A stretch of 64,000 bases of DNA from Protoeuglena noctilucae. Its lineage: Eukaryota. A program made the translations under genes and the position numbers. Shown here piece after piece: positions 13,201 through 26,357 of this stretch. Positions within the stretch are counted from its first letter, which is position 1. Each line of letters opens with the position of its first letter. The notes beneath the pieces are model-generated. The model saw nothing but the letters and a program-made list of their open reading frames with translations. It was not told the DNA's origin and made no database searches. Location of the stretch: contig OY253669.1 of assembly GCA_958009085.1 (NCBI GenBank), positions 310,001 through 374,000 of the forward strand. Direction: 5' to 3'.

Positions 13201-13940
13201 CGTGAGGTCGGGATGCTGCTGCTGCAACCTGCCTGCGATGAGTGCAGCTCCGCCTGCCGTGGGGCGCCTCACCGACCAGGAACACGATTCCGACCACGCC
13301 GACGACCAGGAGGCCGACAATCATTTTCAGGTTCCGGACCACCGAGTCCTTGATGCGCGCCCACACGGTGAACTCGCCCGAAATGGTGTAGTTCTGGTGC
13401 ACGGGCAGCACGGTCCACGTGAGCGCGTATGCCGTCCAGTACGCGATATTCTGCGGGCACGGGATGACGGATATCAGCAGGTCCAGCGGCAATGCGCTGC
13501 GAGAAACCTGCAGCTCCGCAGAGAGGGGTCGCGGAGGCCCAGGCTCGCTCACCCACAGGAAGATGACGGCGTCCTGTTTGTCCCCCTGCATCGCCGTGGC
13601 CATGTCGATGGGAGTCAAAGCCAAGACCGACATTGCAAGCGTCCATGTCACTCCCGTCGATATCATGACAGGGAGGTCGACGGAGGGGCCCTTGAAGTGC
13701 CTGCGTCGACAAGGGACGTCGCAGCTGCGTCGCGGGGGCCCTCCGCGAATGGCGGCCACAACGACATCCACCCGTGCAAAGCAAAGGTCCCGCTGGAGGC
13801 TCGAGGCCACGTCCCGCGCGTCGCGAGACGCAGGACGGGGTGAACTGCACACCCGGGCAACAGGCGCCGCGGCCTCACCGTAACAGGAAGACCACGGTGG
13901 TCACCAGGCCCACCATAACAAGGATGAAGAACGTCCACAT
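10283..13940 (-). CDS. LMBR1-domain membrane protein (LMBRD2-like)
   Basis: Start MWTFFILVMVGLVTTVVFLLR|HFKGPSVDLPV..LTPIDM. Also YWTAYALTWTVLPVHQNYTISGEFT, NNSFGL..LMAFGLAELPRLIW, SMLMNASLLCRFAYPICFNY and IPFFGGAFNTFYP. The 3' end is uncertain. Confidence 0.85.
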
Positions 13941-14331
13941 CGTCTACCGGTGCGCGCGCTCCGCGCGACCGCGCGTTGGGGGGCCTCCCCTGACGACACT
14001 CAGGCCTCGGCTGCAGTCCCGGGCTAGGGACCGGTTCGAGCTGCCTGCCAGCCGGCCTCGAACGTCCTGTTGAGCAGCCGGCGGCCGCGTGCCCAGCAAC
14101 GCAATTTGCGTCGCGAGTCACACGCCTGACCCTTCACAACGCCGGAAGGTGGTCTCAGCGCACCGGCACCACCTCATCCGCGAAACTGCCGCCACTGCAC
14201 GACATCCAGTAGAGTTGCACGGAAGCCTAGGGGCGGCCCTGCCCGCCCAGGGCATGCCCCGCATGGTCTGCCAGATCACGTTCAAGGGGCACCCAGCGAC
14301 TCTGGTCCACGCAAGCTCCAGCCCGCGGCAG

Positions 14332-15703
14332 TCAACGCCTGGAGAGGTGTCGGATGAGCTCCTCGGGGCTATTGATGTGGGCAAAGGCCCGGAACTTGAC
14401 GTCGACCAGCTGCGCCTGCAGGAGGTCGCATGCACTCTCGGCCTGCCTCACGAGCTCCTCCACGCCCGACACGACGGCGGAGAGGCTGTCCACCTGGAGG
14501 GCAGATCGGCGGTGGGCCTCCGCGTACGCCTTGCTGAGCTCCCCGGCCTTGCTGCTGGCCTGGACCTCCTGCAGGCGTGCAAACAGGAGCGTTGCCGCCA
14601 GCGGCCGTCACGCGCCCGGCGCTACCAACCCGCTCGCCCGCGCCCGTCGCCCTCCCCACCTTCTTCGCGGCGGCCACGGCGGCCCTCTGGTGCTCGTCCA
14701 CGGTCCCCTGGGCTTCTGCGACCCGTGCCGCGCTGTCCCGGCTCTGGTCCGCCAGCGAGGCCCACTCCTTCTCCTCCCGCGCCAACTTGTCCCGCAGCGC
14801 CCGCAGCATCGCCGCCCGGGCCTCCTCGTCGAGGTAACCGGGGTCTCCGCCCGCCTCGACGTCCCCGGGGAACAGCAGCTCGTTGCGGGCCACTGCCTCA
14901 CGCACGCGCTGTCCCCAGCGCCCCAGCACGTCCGCGTAGGCGCTCCTCAGCTCCTCGTAGTCCATGTCCTCCGGCAGGAAGTCCCTGGCAGGGAAGGCCC
15001 GAAACGCAACGCTCGGTGCGTGCCCACATGCTTCCGCCCTCGAGACAGAGGTCGGCAGGCCACCCGCCCAGCGCTGCATCGACGGGTGTGCATTCCACGC
15101 ATTCGAATCCGCCCTGAAACTCACTTGTGGAATTCGAGAGACTCCAGGACGCGGTGGCCAAGCAACTCGACCAGTGCCACGAGGCGCTCCTGAGGGGTCC
15201 CATTCGCCGGCAGCTTCAGCAGAATGGGCCGCAAGAACTCGGGGACCGACGGATCCACGTCAGCCTCGGTCAGGGCTGCACGGGAGGGGGGGAGGGATGG
15301 GCGGCGTGTTCAGAGAGGGGCGCGCCTGGAGCGTCCGGGAGGGTGGCTCGGGGTGCGGGGAAAGGAGCGTCGCGCGCGCGGCACTTGCCGGATGCCTCCT
15401 GCTGCTTGGCGTCAGGGGCCGCTGGGACTCCTGCTGCTGCTGGGGCTGGGGCTGGAGGTATCAAACTCGTTCCCTCCCCCTCTGGTGCGTCCTCCTGGGT
15501 CAGTTTCCGCTTTTTCCGGAACACAAACTCCTCGTCCTCCTCCACTGCATTCGAGAAGTCCCCATCTCGTCGCGCTGGCGCACTTTCGCGCCACATCGCG
15601 GTCCAGACCAGCCACAACAGCGGAAGCGGAGATGTGTGCGTCGGGCCTCCTCGCCCAGCTCACCGACATGATGCTCGGAGACCTTACGTTGCCGGGGACC
15701 CAT
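14332..15703 (-). CDS. Putative kinetochore MIS12-complex subunit Dsn1/Mis13-like
   Basis: Spliced start MGPRQRKVSEHHV|VEEDEEFVFRKKRK, coiled coil LRDKLAREEKEWASL, and C-terminus LQVDSLSAVVSGVEELV..KFRAFAHINSPEELIRHLSRR*. These motifs recall the Dsn1 family from memory only. Confidence 0.5.
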
Positions 15704-16355
15704 CGCCTGGACTTGCGGAGCCGGCGAGGGGTCCCGTGGTGCGGACGAAAGCCTTCCCCAGCGCTCGCCGTTTGCTGGACCGTGCCGGCAACGTCAGGCC
15801 CCGACTCGCGTCCAGGACAGCTGCGCGCGAGCGAGCGACAGGGACGTGACACAAACTCCCGTCGACGGGGCGGGCAGGATGCACGTTCGTTCGCGCAATG
15901 TCAGGAGGGAGCCGCGCTGCGGCGCAGCTGAGGCAGAACTCCACCGGGCACCTGGACAGTCCCACGACCCTGGCCTTTCACGAGCACGATAGGAAGGCGC
16001 GGCCCGAGGGATGGGGCGCCCGAGATGCGCCGCGGCGTTTGAAATGCTCGCTTGCTCCTGGCGTCGCTGGGGAGGGGGAGCGCAGGGCGGGCGATCCGAT
16101 GCGGCGTCCTCAGACTTTCTGCAGACGTCGCCCCGCCCCAACGTCCCCAGGTTGAAGTCCGCGGCTCGCCAGTGGACCGTTTCAAGCGATCGCGCCTTTC
16201 TCTTCGGCGATGCGTCTCCTGTCAAGCATTCATTGCGATCGCCGTGTCGAGAACCCCAGTGGATCCCGGAGCGCCGCGCTTCCCAGGTCTTCCCGTTTTC
16301 CCGGCATCCCGGGGCCCCGCACCCGCTCCACCCTCCCCCCTTCGAAACGTCGACC

Positions 16356-18376
16356 ATGTCCGGCAACGCGGAGCAGCGGGCGCGCCAGCCATCGGACGAG
16401 TTCGATGGGGGGGAGCTCCTCTTTGCAGGGGCAACAGACTGGGCGATGGTGAGTCCCGCGCCCGCCGAACCCGGTGCTGCCGTTGCCTCCTGGCTGAAAG
16501 CGAGAATCCCGAGGGGTCCCGGCACCTCCTGAGGCGGCGCTGCGGCTCGGCAGCTGGAGTCCCCGTTCGTCATGCCTTGCCATGGCATTCACGCCCCGGG
16601 CGCGCCCCGGCCCAGGGCCCTCCTCGCTCGCGCAGCTTTAGAGGCGTCCATGCAAGTTTACCTGCGTCCTGGAGCCGTGTCCGTGGCGTGCGCCGGAGAT
16701 CCAGTGCCCTCTGCTAGCTGTCGCCCCAGGCACCCGCGTCGCGCCCTGGGCTTCACGGCGAACGCAGCGCACACGCCTTTGCCACAGATCGGTCGTAAGG
16801 ACGGCAAGGACAAGGAGGCGGAGGCAGCGCGCCTCGAGAAGTACCCCAACCTCTCGGAGCCCCACCGCCTCCGTGCCCTGATGGGCAAGAAGATCAAGGT
16901 GGTCGCCTCGGGACCGTCGGCGTGCCACTCGATCGTCATCGGTGAGGGGCTTCCGCAGGCCTCGCGCTGGGGCTCGCGGGGTGCGCGTGCGTGCGACCGC
17001 TCACTGGGCCCTTATGTGGTCCCCCGCAGACAACCAGGGCAAGGCCTATTCGTGGGGCCGTAACGAGTGCGGCCAGCTCGGCCTCGGCGACATGGTGAAC
17101 CGCAACGACCCCACGGAGCTGACGCAGCTCAGCGCGCTGGGCAAGGTAGTGGCGGCGTCGTGCGGCCGCTTCCACTCGGTGGTGGTGCTCGAGAACGGGG
17201 ACGCCTACACGTGCGGGAGCAACAAGCACGGGCAGTGCGGCACGGGCGAGTGCAAGTCGTCGCCCCAGCGCGAGGAGTGCCACGTGCACTGGGTCAAGGC
17301 GCTGGTGGAGGGCGTGGCCGACGCCAAGTGCGGCGCCGAGTTCACCCTGTGGCGCACCCGCGAGGGCCGCGTCTTCTCGGCGGGCCTGCCCCAGTACGGC
17401 CAGCTCGGCCACGGCACGGATGAGGAGTACAACGCGGCTGAGTTCTCGATCAAACTCACGTACCCGCCCCAGCCCACGCCCCGCGCCATCGAGGGCGTCC
17501 TCGCCGACCGCAAGATCGTCAACATCGCGTGCGGGCACAACCACTCGATCGCCGTCGACGACGAGGGCGTTTGCTACACGTGGGGCACCGGAGGGTACGG
17601 CCGTTTGGGTCACAAGGTCCAGAAGGACGAGATGGCTCCCCGGCCCATCGAGGCCTTCCTGCGGGGCGCGCACAGCGGCGCCAAGGACTCGCTCCTCGCC
17701 TGCAGCTCCACCTGCACCCTTGTCACCACCGGTGCGCGCTCGCAGGGCTGCCGGCGCGGGGCGACCATGCCACTTGCACACCGCAGTACAACGCGAGCCA
17801 TCCGCGTCCTGCCTTGCTGACCGCAGTGCCCGTGGGCCAGATCTTCTACTTCGGCCGCATCAAGACCACGGGAGACTCGCAGATGTACCCGACGGACCTG
17901 CACACGCTGCAGGGGTGGGTGGTGCGGGACATGGCGGCGGGGAACGTGACGTACGCGCTGTGCTCGGACGACAAGTGCGTCACGTGGGGTCAGGCCCAGT
18001 ACGGGGAGCTGGGGTACGGGCCGGGCGGGAAGAAGTCCAGCGCCAACCCGGACCTCGTCAAGTCGCTCCAGGGCATCACCACGTACCGGGTCGCGTGCGG
18101 CATGGGCCATACTATGTTCGTCATCGACCCGAACGCGGACCTGTCCAAGTTCCCCGTGTTCAACTCCAACGGTGCGACCCGTGACCTGGGATTGTGTGCA
18201 GGCCCGCAGCTGCCCCGAGGGCTTGCCGCCTGACTCCCGGCCCCGTCGACGCGCGCGCAGTCACGCTTGAGGAGGAGCGGACGGCGGCGGCTCAGAAGGA
18301 GGCGAGCGGCAAGGGCAAGAAGAGGACTGCCGCGGCCGCCCCCAAGACCGCAGCGTCCAAGAAGGGCAAGAAGTGA
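16356..18376 (+). CDS. RCC2: RCC2 (TD-60)-like RCC1-repeat protein
   Basis: GELLFAGATDWAM|IGRK..NLSEPHRLRAL, YSWGRNECGQLGLGD, FSAGLPQYGQLGHGTDEEYN, YTWGTGGYGRLGHKVQKDE, AQYGELGYGPGGKKSSANP; basic tail ending KKGKK*. Confidence 0.88.
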
Positions 18377-18489
18377 ACGTGCGTGCATGGCTCCGTGAGC
18401 GTCGCTGCCTTTCAATCGCCTGCCCGGCGCGCGTTGCCCCTGTCCCTGTGTGTGTTTGAATCGCTATCGCTGGGCTGCGGCGCGGCCGC

Positions 18490-18955
18490 TCAGATCGCCA
18501 GGCAGTAGACAGCCACCATGCACTGAATGGTCGGGCTCTGGTCGAAGTCGACCTTGATGACCAAGTCCTTTTCCATGTCGATGACCGACGCCCGGCTGAC
18601 GTGGATGCCCGCCCCGCACTTCTGCATGAGCGTGCAGGTGACCACGTACTTGTAGTTCTTCTTCAGACCCGACACCCGCTTGAGCACACCCTCGCAGATG
18701 TTCTCCGACCAGGCGTCCACCTGCAGAGTCATAGAGATGTGTGTGCACTGAGCCAGCGCAGCGCAGGTCGCATCCGCAACCAGCCCCACTTGGATGCCCT
18801 GGCGCGGTCTGCCGCAGGGCATGGACACCCAGCATAATCACCTTCCGCAACGAGAAGACGTTCTCCCCGAGCACTCCGCCCACCACGTCCCGCACGGCCT
18901 GGTCCACGTCCATCGCGTCCAGCTCCTCATCCCCCATGCCGCCCAGGGCCGCCAT
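18490..18955 (-). CDS. Tctex-1 family dynein light chain (2 exons)
   Basis: DVDQAVRDVVGGVLGENVF..|VDAWSENICEGVLKRVSGLKKNYKYVVTCTLMQKCGAGIHV..IQCMVAVYCLAI*. Confidence 0.88.
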
Positions 18956-19688
18956 CGTCACCGCCCTTCCGTGTACACTGGGTCTTTTCGACCGCGGACC
19001 GCGCCTGCGAGCGCTCCACGCTCGGAACTCGGCGCAGAGGCAAAACGACATGCTGCCCGAGTTCGCACAGCCCTTGGCCCCCGCCTCGACGCAAGCGACC
19101 CACACGCACAGTGGAGCCTAACAACGTTGCGGCGCACGCACTCCTGCATCCGCCAGGGCCCTCAGCGCGGCAGGCATCTTCACCTGAGCTCTCGCCCCTT
19201 TCCTCGTTGCGCGGACCCCGGATATCGCCGGTTCTGTTTCTCCAAGCGTTTTCTGCGAGTCATTCAGACGGACAGCACTGTCAGAGCGTCGCATTCCAAC
19301 GGTACCTCCGAATCAGAGCAACGTGCGAACATGCGAGCGTCTGGACGGAGGCCAGGCCTCAATCCAAGACCCGTCCTGCTTGCACTGGGCTAACTACAGC
19401 GCGACAGAAGGCAGGATATCGCGACAGACGTGCTAGGGCTGCCTGGGATCCTACCTCCAGCTGTGCATGACACGGCGGGCCTCCAAACCCACCTGGACGC
19501 GCTTCCACGACTCGATAGTGCTGCGAGTGAAGAATGGGGCGGTCGGGGTGGTCAGGGAAGGGGCGGATTACAAAAACCGCCCGTCTGTCGCCAGGAAACG
19601 GGGGTCCGCCGCGGGGTTGAGCTGCTGCGCCCCCCGCAACCCCAGGCTGTTTTCCACGGCCCACGGCCGCTGCGGGGAGTCGGGTGCC

Positions 19689-22600
19689 ATGGAGAGCGGA
19701 GAAGGGACGCCGCTCGCCCTCCAAGTCGGTGAGGAGGGGAGCCGCGCCACCCCACGGGGCCGCGATGATAGGATGATATAAATACGCTTTTGCTCGCGAT
19801 TTACCGAGGGCGCATCGAGCGTTAACCTGCTTGCTGGGGCGGTCTTCCTTGGGCGGGGCCAGCACCGAGGACCACGCGGTCCGGCGGCGGCGAGGGGTCG
19901 CTCAATGCGGCCTGGGGTCGAACCCCGCCTGGCGGGCCTGATGCGCCAGCCTTGTTCCCGCCACGCGCGGCGCCTGGCCCCGCGGCAATGTGGAAAGGTT
20001 TTTTGCGCCCTCGCTGCCACGCTGTGCGCCACACGGCGGCATCCCGGGCGTTTTCTTCTTCTTATCAGATCCCGTTTCCACTGCCCTTCCTTGGTCAGCC
20101 CCTGCGCTGAGTTCCGTCAGCCGGGGGTCCCTGGAGCGCCGGCTCCCTCCCCCTCGCGCACTCGCCGCCGGCCTCGCCAGGGCCGCAGCGCCGTCGCCGG
20201 CGCACGCGTATCGATTCCGGGCACATCTACGTGATCGCTCGCAGGCAACCGGGGCGGGACCGCCGAGCCATCGGGTCGCCTTCTCAAGGACAAGCTGCGG
20301 GTGGTGAAGAAGATCGATGAGACGGGCCGGGTCAAGTGGGAGCTTGTCCCGATACGCTCCCAGCTCTCCTTCGACAAGGGCTTCTTCGTGGTCGTCCGGT
20401 GCGCGCTTGTAGCCCCGCCCGCGGGAGCTGGCGTGGGGCCGTCCGGCCGCCGGCGGCTGCCGTGCCATGGCCGCGCCCCGCGCCCCCGCTGCGGCACCTC
20501 CCCCCGCGCCACGAGGCATTCACAACGATCTCCGGCTCGTTCCGTCCGCGCCGCAGTGCCCTGCAGCTCCTAACGGCGCACATTGAGGGCACGGTCATTG
20601 TCGGGTTGGCCGGGCCCTCCGGTTCGGGCAAGACGGCTTTCTGCGAGAAGATTCGCCAGTTCCTCCCGAGCGCCGCGGTTCTCCAGATGGACATGTACAA
20701 CGACCCGACCGTGCCCAACCTGGACGGAAACTTCGACGATCCCCGCATCACGGACTACGGTGAGCGCCTGCACGCTCGTCAACCAGCCCGCGCCGCCCCC
20801 GCTCGCCGCCCCCGTCTGCGTGCGATGTCTTCGCCGCGGCGATGCTTCCCGTCCCCACGGCATGCGCGTCGCACCGGTCCCCGCAGAGCTGCTGCTCAGC
20901 AATCTGCGGGACCTGAAGGAGGGCCGCCCGGCCATGACGCCCGTGTACGACTTCAAGACGTCGAGCCGCGTGGGCACGCGGCAGGTGGACGTCCCCACGG
21001 GTCGCATCGTGATCGTGGAGGGCATCTACGCCCTCTCCGCGCGCCTGCGCCCGCTCCTCGACCTCCGGGTGTCCATCACGGGCGGCGTGCACTTTGACCT
21101 GGTCAAGCGCGTCCTCCGCGACATCGACCGGTCCGGGCAGACCCCGGACGGCATCATCCAGCAGGTCGCGGACACCGTGTACCCCATGTACAAGGCCTTC
21201 ATTGAGCCGGACCTCAAGGAGGCCCACCTCCGCATCTACAACAACTTCAACCCCTTTTCGGGCTTCATGGAGCCCACATTCATCCTCAAGGTGCGCGGCG
21301 ATCTGCCGTGGTCCGCGGAGAGCCGCCAGGCGGTCAATCGTGTCTCTCCCTGCGCTCAGCCCTGAGCCCCCTACGCCCTGCTTGACCCGTCACCTCTTGG
21401 CGCCCGCAGAGCGACCGCCACGTGACGGAGGAGCAAATTTGCCAGTACCTGGGTGGCGACGTGAAGAGGGAGGAGGTGCACACGGTGGACATTTACCTGT
21501 TGCCGCCCCATGAAGACCCCGAGACGTGCACCTCATGGCTGCGGATGCGCAACCGGGAGGGCAAGTACCAGCTCATGTTCGAGGAGACGGTCACGGGTGA
21601 GTGAACGGCGCGGTGTCGTCTGCGGCGCAGTGTCGTTTGCGGCGAGGGCATGCGCCGGCTCGTTGTTTGAGGAGTTGGCAGGCGCTTGTCGCTGCCTCGC
21701 TTCACGGCCGTCCCCTGACTCGTCCGCGCAGACGGCGACTTCATCATCTCCCCGCGCATCACGTTCGAGGTGTCGGTGCGGCTCCTGGGCGGCCTCATGG
21801 CGCTGGGCTACCAGATTGGGACCATCATGCGCAGACGCACGCTCATGTTCGAAAGCAGGGACACCGAGCGTGGCCTCACGATCAAGCTGGACGACATCGA
21901 GAGCCTCCCGCGGCACGTCCAGGCGAGGCTGCGGCGGCCGGGCGCTCGCCCTCGCGTCGCGCCAGGCTGCCAGAGCTCCGCAAGAGCTCCGTTTGAGCCA
22001 TCCAGACAAGCTTACAAGGTATCCATCTCCACCGCGTCGTCTGCAGATCCACGGCCGGAAGCGCGAGGAGGTCCGCGCCGCGGCCATCCAGCTGGGCCTG
22101 GAGGGCCGGTACATTCCGCACTCGTACATTGAGCAGGCGCAGTACCACAACCTGACCAAGTCCATGGCGGACCTGGCGCTGAGCGAGGACATCCGGCAGC
22201 AGTTCAACATCGACGAGGGTCTCCTGGGCACCTCGCCCCTCGTGCAGTCTTTGTCCTGGGCGTCGTCGTCCAAGCACCTGCGCCCGTCCAACCACGTGCG
22301 CCGGCCCAGCGATGCGCCCTCCCGCGAGCACAATTCCTCCATCGCCTTTCCGGAGAACTCCCCCCAGGACTCGGGGCAGAGCTCTTCCGAGTCGTCCGTC
22401 TTTATCCGCCGGTCCACGACAGAGGGCGCGGAGGGAATGCTGTCCAAGGCGATGAAGGGCGTCAGGGTGAGCAGGCGTGCTGCGGCCGCGGCCTTTGCTG
22501 GGATGCAGGCGACGCGTGCCACGCGCGCGGGCTCTGCTGGGCTACCTGGTAGTTGGGTCGCGAGGCGCTGGAGTGTGGCGAGGCTGTAGTCGCAAACGTG

Positions 22601-23564
22601 TGGGCGGCCGGGCAGTCGCTGACGGGCGCCCCCCGCGGCCGCGCGCAGTCCGTGGGGTTCAACGCCCCCAACTCCAATTACAACGAACTCCTCTCGCAGC
22701 CTTCGGGCACGGGCGGCGTGGCCACTCCCGAGGGGCGCAAGGGCAGCGGCATGCGCCAGGTGTCCAAGAGCCAAGTGCGTGACGGGCCGGGGTGGTCGTC
22801 TCAGGAGGACGTGCGGCGTCTCGAGGGCACGTTGGCGACGCTGAACGAGAAGGTGGACTCGATCCACAGCCATTGGAGCCAGCCTTTAGAGGGCGTGCGG
22901 GCGGGCGTCCAGGAGCTGGCCAGCAACATGGCGGGCCTGGTGGCGACGGTGCAGACGACCCTGGCGGCGCAGCAGGCGCTAATGGCCAAGGTCTCCCTGC
23001 AGCAGGAGACGCTGGCGAACGTGAGAAAAACGCACGCACCGTTGCACGTGTGCGAGTCCGCTTCTGCTTTCGTTGTCTTGATCGGCTGACTGCATGACGA
23101 ACGGCAGTTGTCGAAAACGTCATCGTTTCTTTGTTCTTTCCCGCGCAGGCGTATTCGGAGTTGGCTGGGTCGCGGCCGTCCAACGTGCGCCAGTCCACGA
23201 GCGGTGGCTCGCCCCGCATGCGGGGCTCCATGAGCCGCAACTCGTCGTGGAAGATGCTCGGGGGCCAGGGGGGCGCGAACGCAGACGAGGACTTGTGGTC
23301 GCGGCTCCCGGCCTGGGCCACTTCCAAGGTGAGAGTCGGCCCCAACGTTGCCCACCAGCGCTGGGCTTTGCGATGGCTGAGACACTGGGCGTGCGGGTGC
23401 TGGGATGCGACTGGATGGCAGGTTCGTGAGGCACGGCGTGGTTTGACTGAGCCAGTGAGTGGTGTCACTTGCAGGAGGTGTGCTTCTCAGTGGGTGCGAC
23501 GGGGATTGTGGCGTTCCTGGCGGCCGTGGGGCTCTCGTGGGTCAAGCTTTCCACAAGCAAGTAG
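19689..23564 (+). CDS. Triphosphate tunnel metalloenzyme TTM1/2-like (uridine kinase-like + CYTH, C-terminal tail anchor)
   Basis: LSFDKGFFVVVR, VGLAGPSGSGKT, GNFDDPRITDY, LDLRVSITGGVHFDLVKRVLRDI, DIYLLPPHEDPETC, FIISPRITFEVSVRLLGGLMALGY; last exon EVCFSVGATGIVAFLAAVGLSWVKLSTSK*. Confidence 0.9.
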
Positions 23565-23952
23565 CTGGGAGGGCCACAGCGCATGCTTTGCTGTGCTGCA
23601 GAGCCCGGCACGGGAGCTGATGCCTTGACTTGATAGCTTTCGGGACCGCCCGCCTTTCCTCGCCCACCTCTCGGCCGCTTCCCTCGCCCTGACGGGTCGA
23701 ATGCAGGGGACAAGCGTGCTCTCTGCAACCCGGAACACACTGGCACCCCCTCATGTCATCCTCAAATGACACGGATTTAATACCGGGCACAATGACCACA
23801 TGACGAACAGCACACAGGGAGAGATCCTTGTTTATCGTCATCTGGCTAGTAGTCGCTAGCACCCTAGCAACCCCTCGCACAGACTGGAGCACCTGTCGGC
23901 CCTTCCCTTCCCTGTCAGCCCACGGAAGCAGCTGTCGGCCCCGCCTGAAACA

Positions 23953-26357
23953 TCAGCCCCGCTTGCGCTCGTCCATCCGGCGCTGCTCCTCCATCAACGC
24001 CGCAATCATCTCCTCGCGTCGCGAGCGGCCAGCCACCGTCCGCCTCGCGGGCTCGGCCGGGGTCGGGCGCTGGGGCGGCGCGGTGCGGGCCGGGGCCGCC
24101 GGCTGCTTCTCGGGCGCTGCTGCAGGGGCCTCCGCCTTGGGCGCGGCGGGCTTGGGCACCGCGAACCCGAACAGGCCACCCTTGGCGGGCGCCTCCGCCT
24201 GGGGCTCGGGTGCAGGCTCCTCCGCCTGCGTGAAGAAGCAAAGGCTGGTGTCGCTGCTGTTGATGAGCAGGGCGTTCAGTTTGGGAAAAGCAGATGGCGC
24301 TGTCATCAATTTCCGAGGGTCCGGTGGGCGACGCGTGAGGCGCGTGGCACGTACCTGCACCTCTGGCTTGCGTGCTGCCTTGGGGCTGCCGGCGCCAAAG
24401 AGCGCGCCCATTCCGAACGCAGGCGCCTCCTCGGCCTTGCGCCCCGACCGGTCCGCCGAGGCCGCCGCCTTCTGCCGCGCCGCCTCCTGTGCCGCCCGCG
24501 CCTCCTCGGCGGCCCTGCGCCGCTGCTCAGCCTCCGCCTCCTTCTTGGCACGTGCCGCCTCCTGCGCCGCCCGCCGCTCCTCCGCCGCCTGCCGCGCCGC
24601 GTTCACCTGCGGAGAGCGGCCGCGGTCAGCGTCGCCGTGATGTGCCGGACGCAGAGGCCCAGCGTTGGGGTGCCGGCCGCATCGTGATTGCACCTTGGTC
24701 GTCGCGGGGCCTTCCGCGGCCTCCTCCTCCTTCTCTCCAGACGCCGGCTTGGAACCAAACAGCGACAGGGGGTTCAGGGCGGGCACGGCAGGACGCTTGG
24801 CTGTCCCCGACTGCGGGCAGGGCCAAAGCGTCACATCACCCTGTCGCCTAGCTGTCGCAGCACCTCTGGGCCAGCCTCAGTAGTGGTGTCGCTACCTCGT
24901 TCCCAACAACATCCAGGGGAGCTAGAGCACGCGGCACTCGCACCTGGGCCCCTGCCGATGGCTCCTCTTGGCCCGCCACCTCCCGCCACTGCGCCTCCGC
25001 CTCGCTGACCAACTCCGACCACGGGCGGAACTCAGCGCCAGGGACGGTCGCAATCTCCACGTCACCCGCGTCCGCGCCGGCAGCGAGGAGCACCGCCACG
25101 GCCTCAGCAGCCGCCTCCTGGGGGATTGTGCTCTGGGCGGGGAAGCTGCCAGGCATGCCGAGGCGCACCTCGCCGGACGCGAGGGCCCTGTACCCGCCAG
25201 CGGAGGGCCGGGCCACGCGGATCACGCGGACCGGCAGGCCCCTGGACTTGGCCTGCAGGGGAGTTGATGGATGGACCGGGCTTGGGGCAATGCCGGCCGG
25301 CCCAGGTCATCGCCTGTGCAGACGAACCCAAGTGACGGCAGTGGCGCTGTCCTAGCAAAACGAGTTCCTCACCTCAGCGACGAGCTTGCCGACATTGCCG
25401 CGCCCCCCCAGGGGCACCCCGTTGGGCTCGATGGGCGTGACCAGGATGACCTCAGCCGCGCGTGCGGCAGCGGCCGCGTCAAGGACCGCGACGCCCGCCT
25501 GGACGTTGGGCGTGACCAGGATGACCTCAGCCGCGCGTGCGGCAGCGGCCGCGTCAAGGACCGCGACGCCCGCCTGGACGTTGGTGCGCACCCGGGACGC
25601 GCCGATGTTGTCGTCCAGTACGAAGAGGACGGATGAGCCCCGAGGGATGGCGGCCGCACCCGAGTCAGGGTCTGAAAGCGAGACCTCCTTGAAGGACACG
25701 TTGCGGGCCGAGGCGGGGCGGACGAGCTCGAACTTGGTCGCAAACGCCTGTGGAGTGCGGGGGGCCGATGAGCCGCTTTGCTTTGCTTCACGTGGCTGCG
25801 CGTGCTGCGCCCTTCTGTGGCGCATTCGGCACCTGGATGGAGGCAGCCTGCTCCCCGTCAGGGACACCGGAGATGACCTTCACACCCGCCTCCGCAAGCG
25901 CAGCGGCAATGCGCAGCGCCATTTGGCCAAGGCCCCTGCAAACGTCGCGCTCCCAGCTCGTCGTGGCTGGCACATGTGAGGGCAGGGCAGCGTCCGCGGG
26001 CCACCATCAGCAGCAATCACCCGGCAATGAAGATGGAAGACGGCCTGCGTCCAGAGCCCTTTGCGGCGAGCCTCACGGTCCCCGTCCCGGGCAGGGAGAG
26101 CGAAATCGTCGCCCTGGCCGCCACGGCCGGCCTAGCGTCGCGAGCCTTGGTGCCCGCGAGCGGAGGACGGCTGCAAGAACAAACACTGGCGGTCGCTTCG
26201 GGCCCATCAAGCACCGCTGCTGCTTGATTTGCCCGCGCGTGCTTATCGGTCACCTGGACCGGGAGGCGACGCGCGGGACGGCGCACCGCGCTCCCCTGCG
26301 CGACTCCCTGGCGCACTCCGTGCGCAGGGCGTCCGCGCGCCCCGTGACGGCCGCCAT
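23953..26357 (-). CDS. pTAC16-like plastid protein (transit peptide, Rossmann-like domain, Ala/Glu/Arg-rich tail)
   Basis: Arg/Ala/Ser-rich N-terminus MAAVTGRADALR. SSIFIAG|GLGQMALRIAAALAEAGVKVISGVPD resembles the pTAC16/Tic62 NAD(P)-binding start. The tail has LFG/GGLFGF motifs. Confidence 0.65.
25432..25584. repeat. Perfect 75-bp tandem duplication (2 copies + 3 nt) inside an exon
   Basis: Copies start at 25432 and 25507; they encode NVQAGVAVLDAAAAARAAEVILVTP twice on the minus strand. Confidence 0.95.

Noticed and set aside
19914..19926. B-box-like GGTTCGACCCC in TTM intron 1
   Set aside because: There is no properly spaced A box or cloverleaf.
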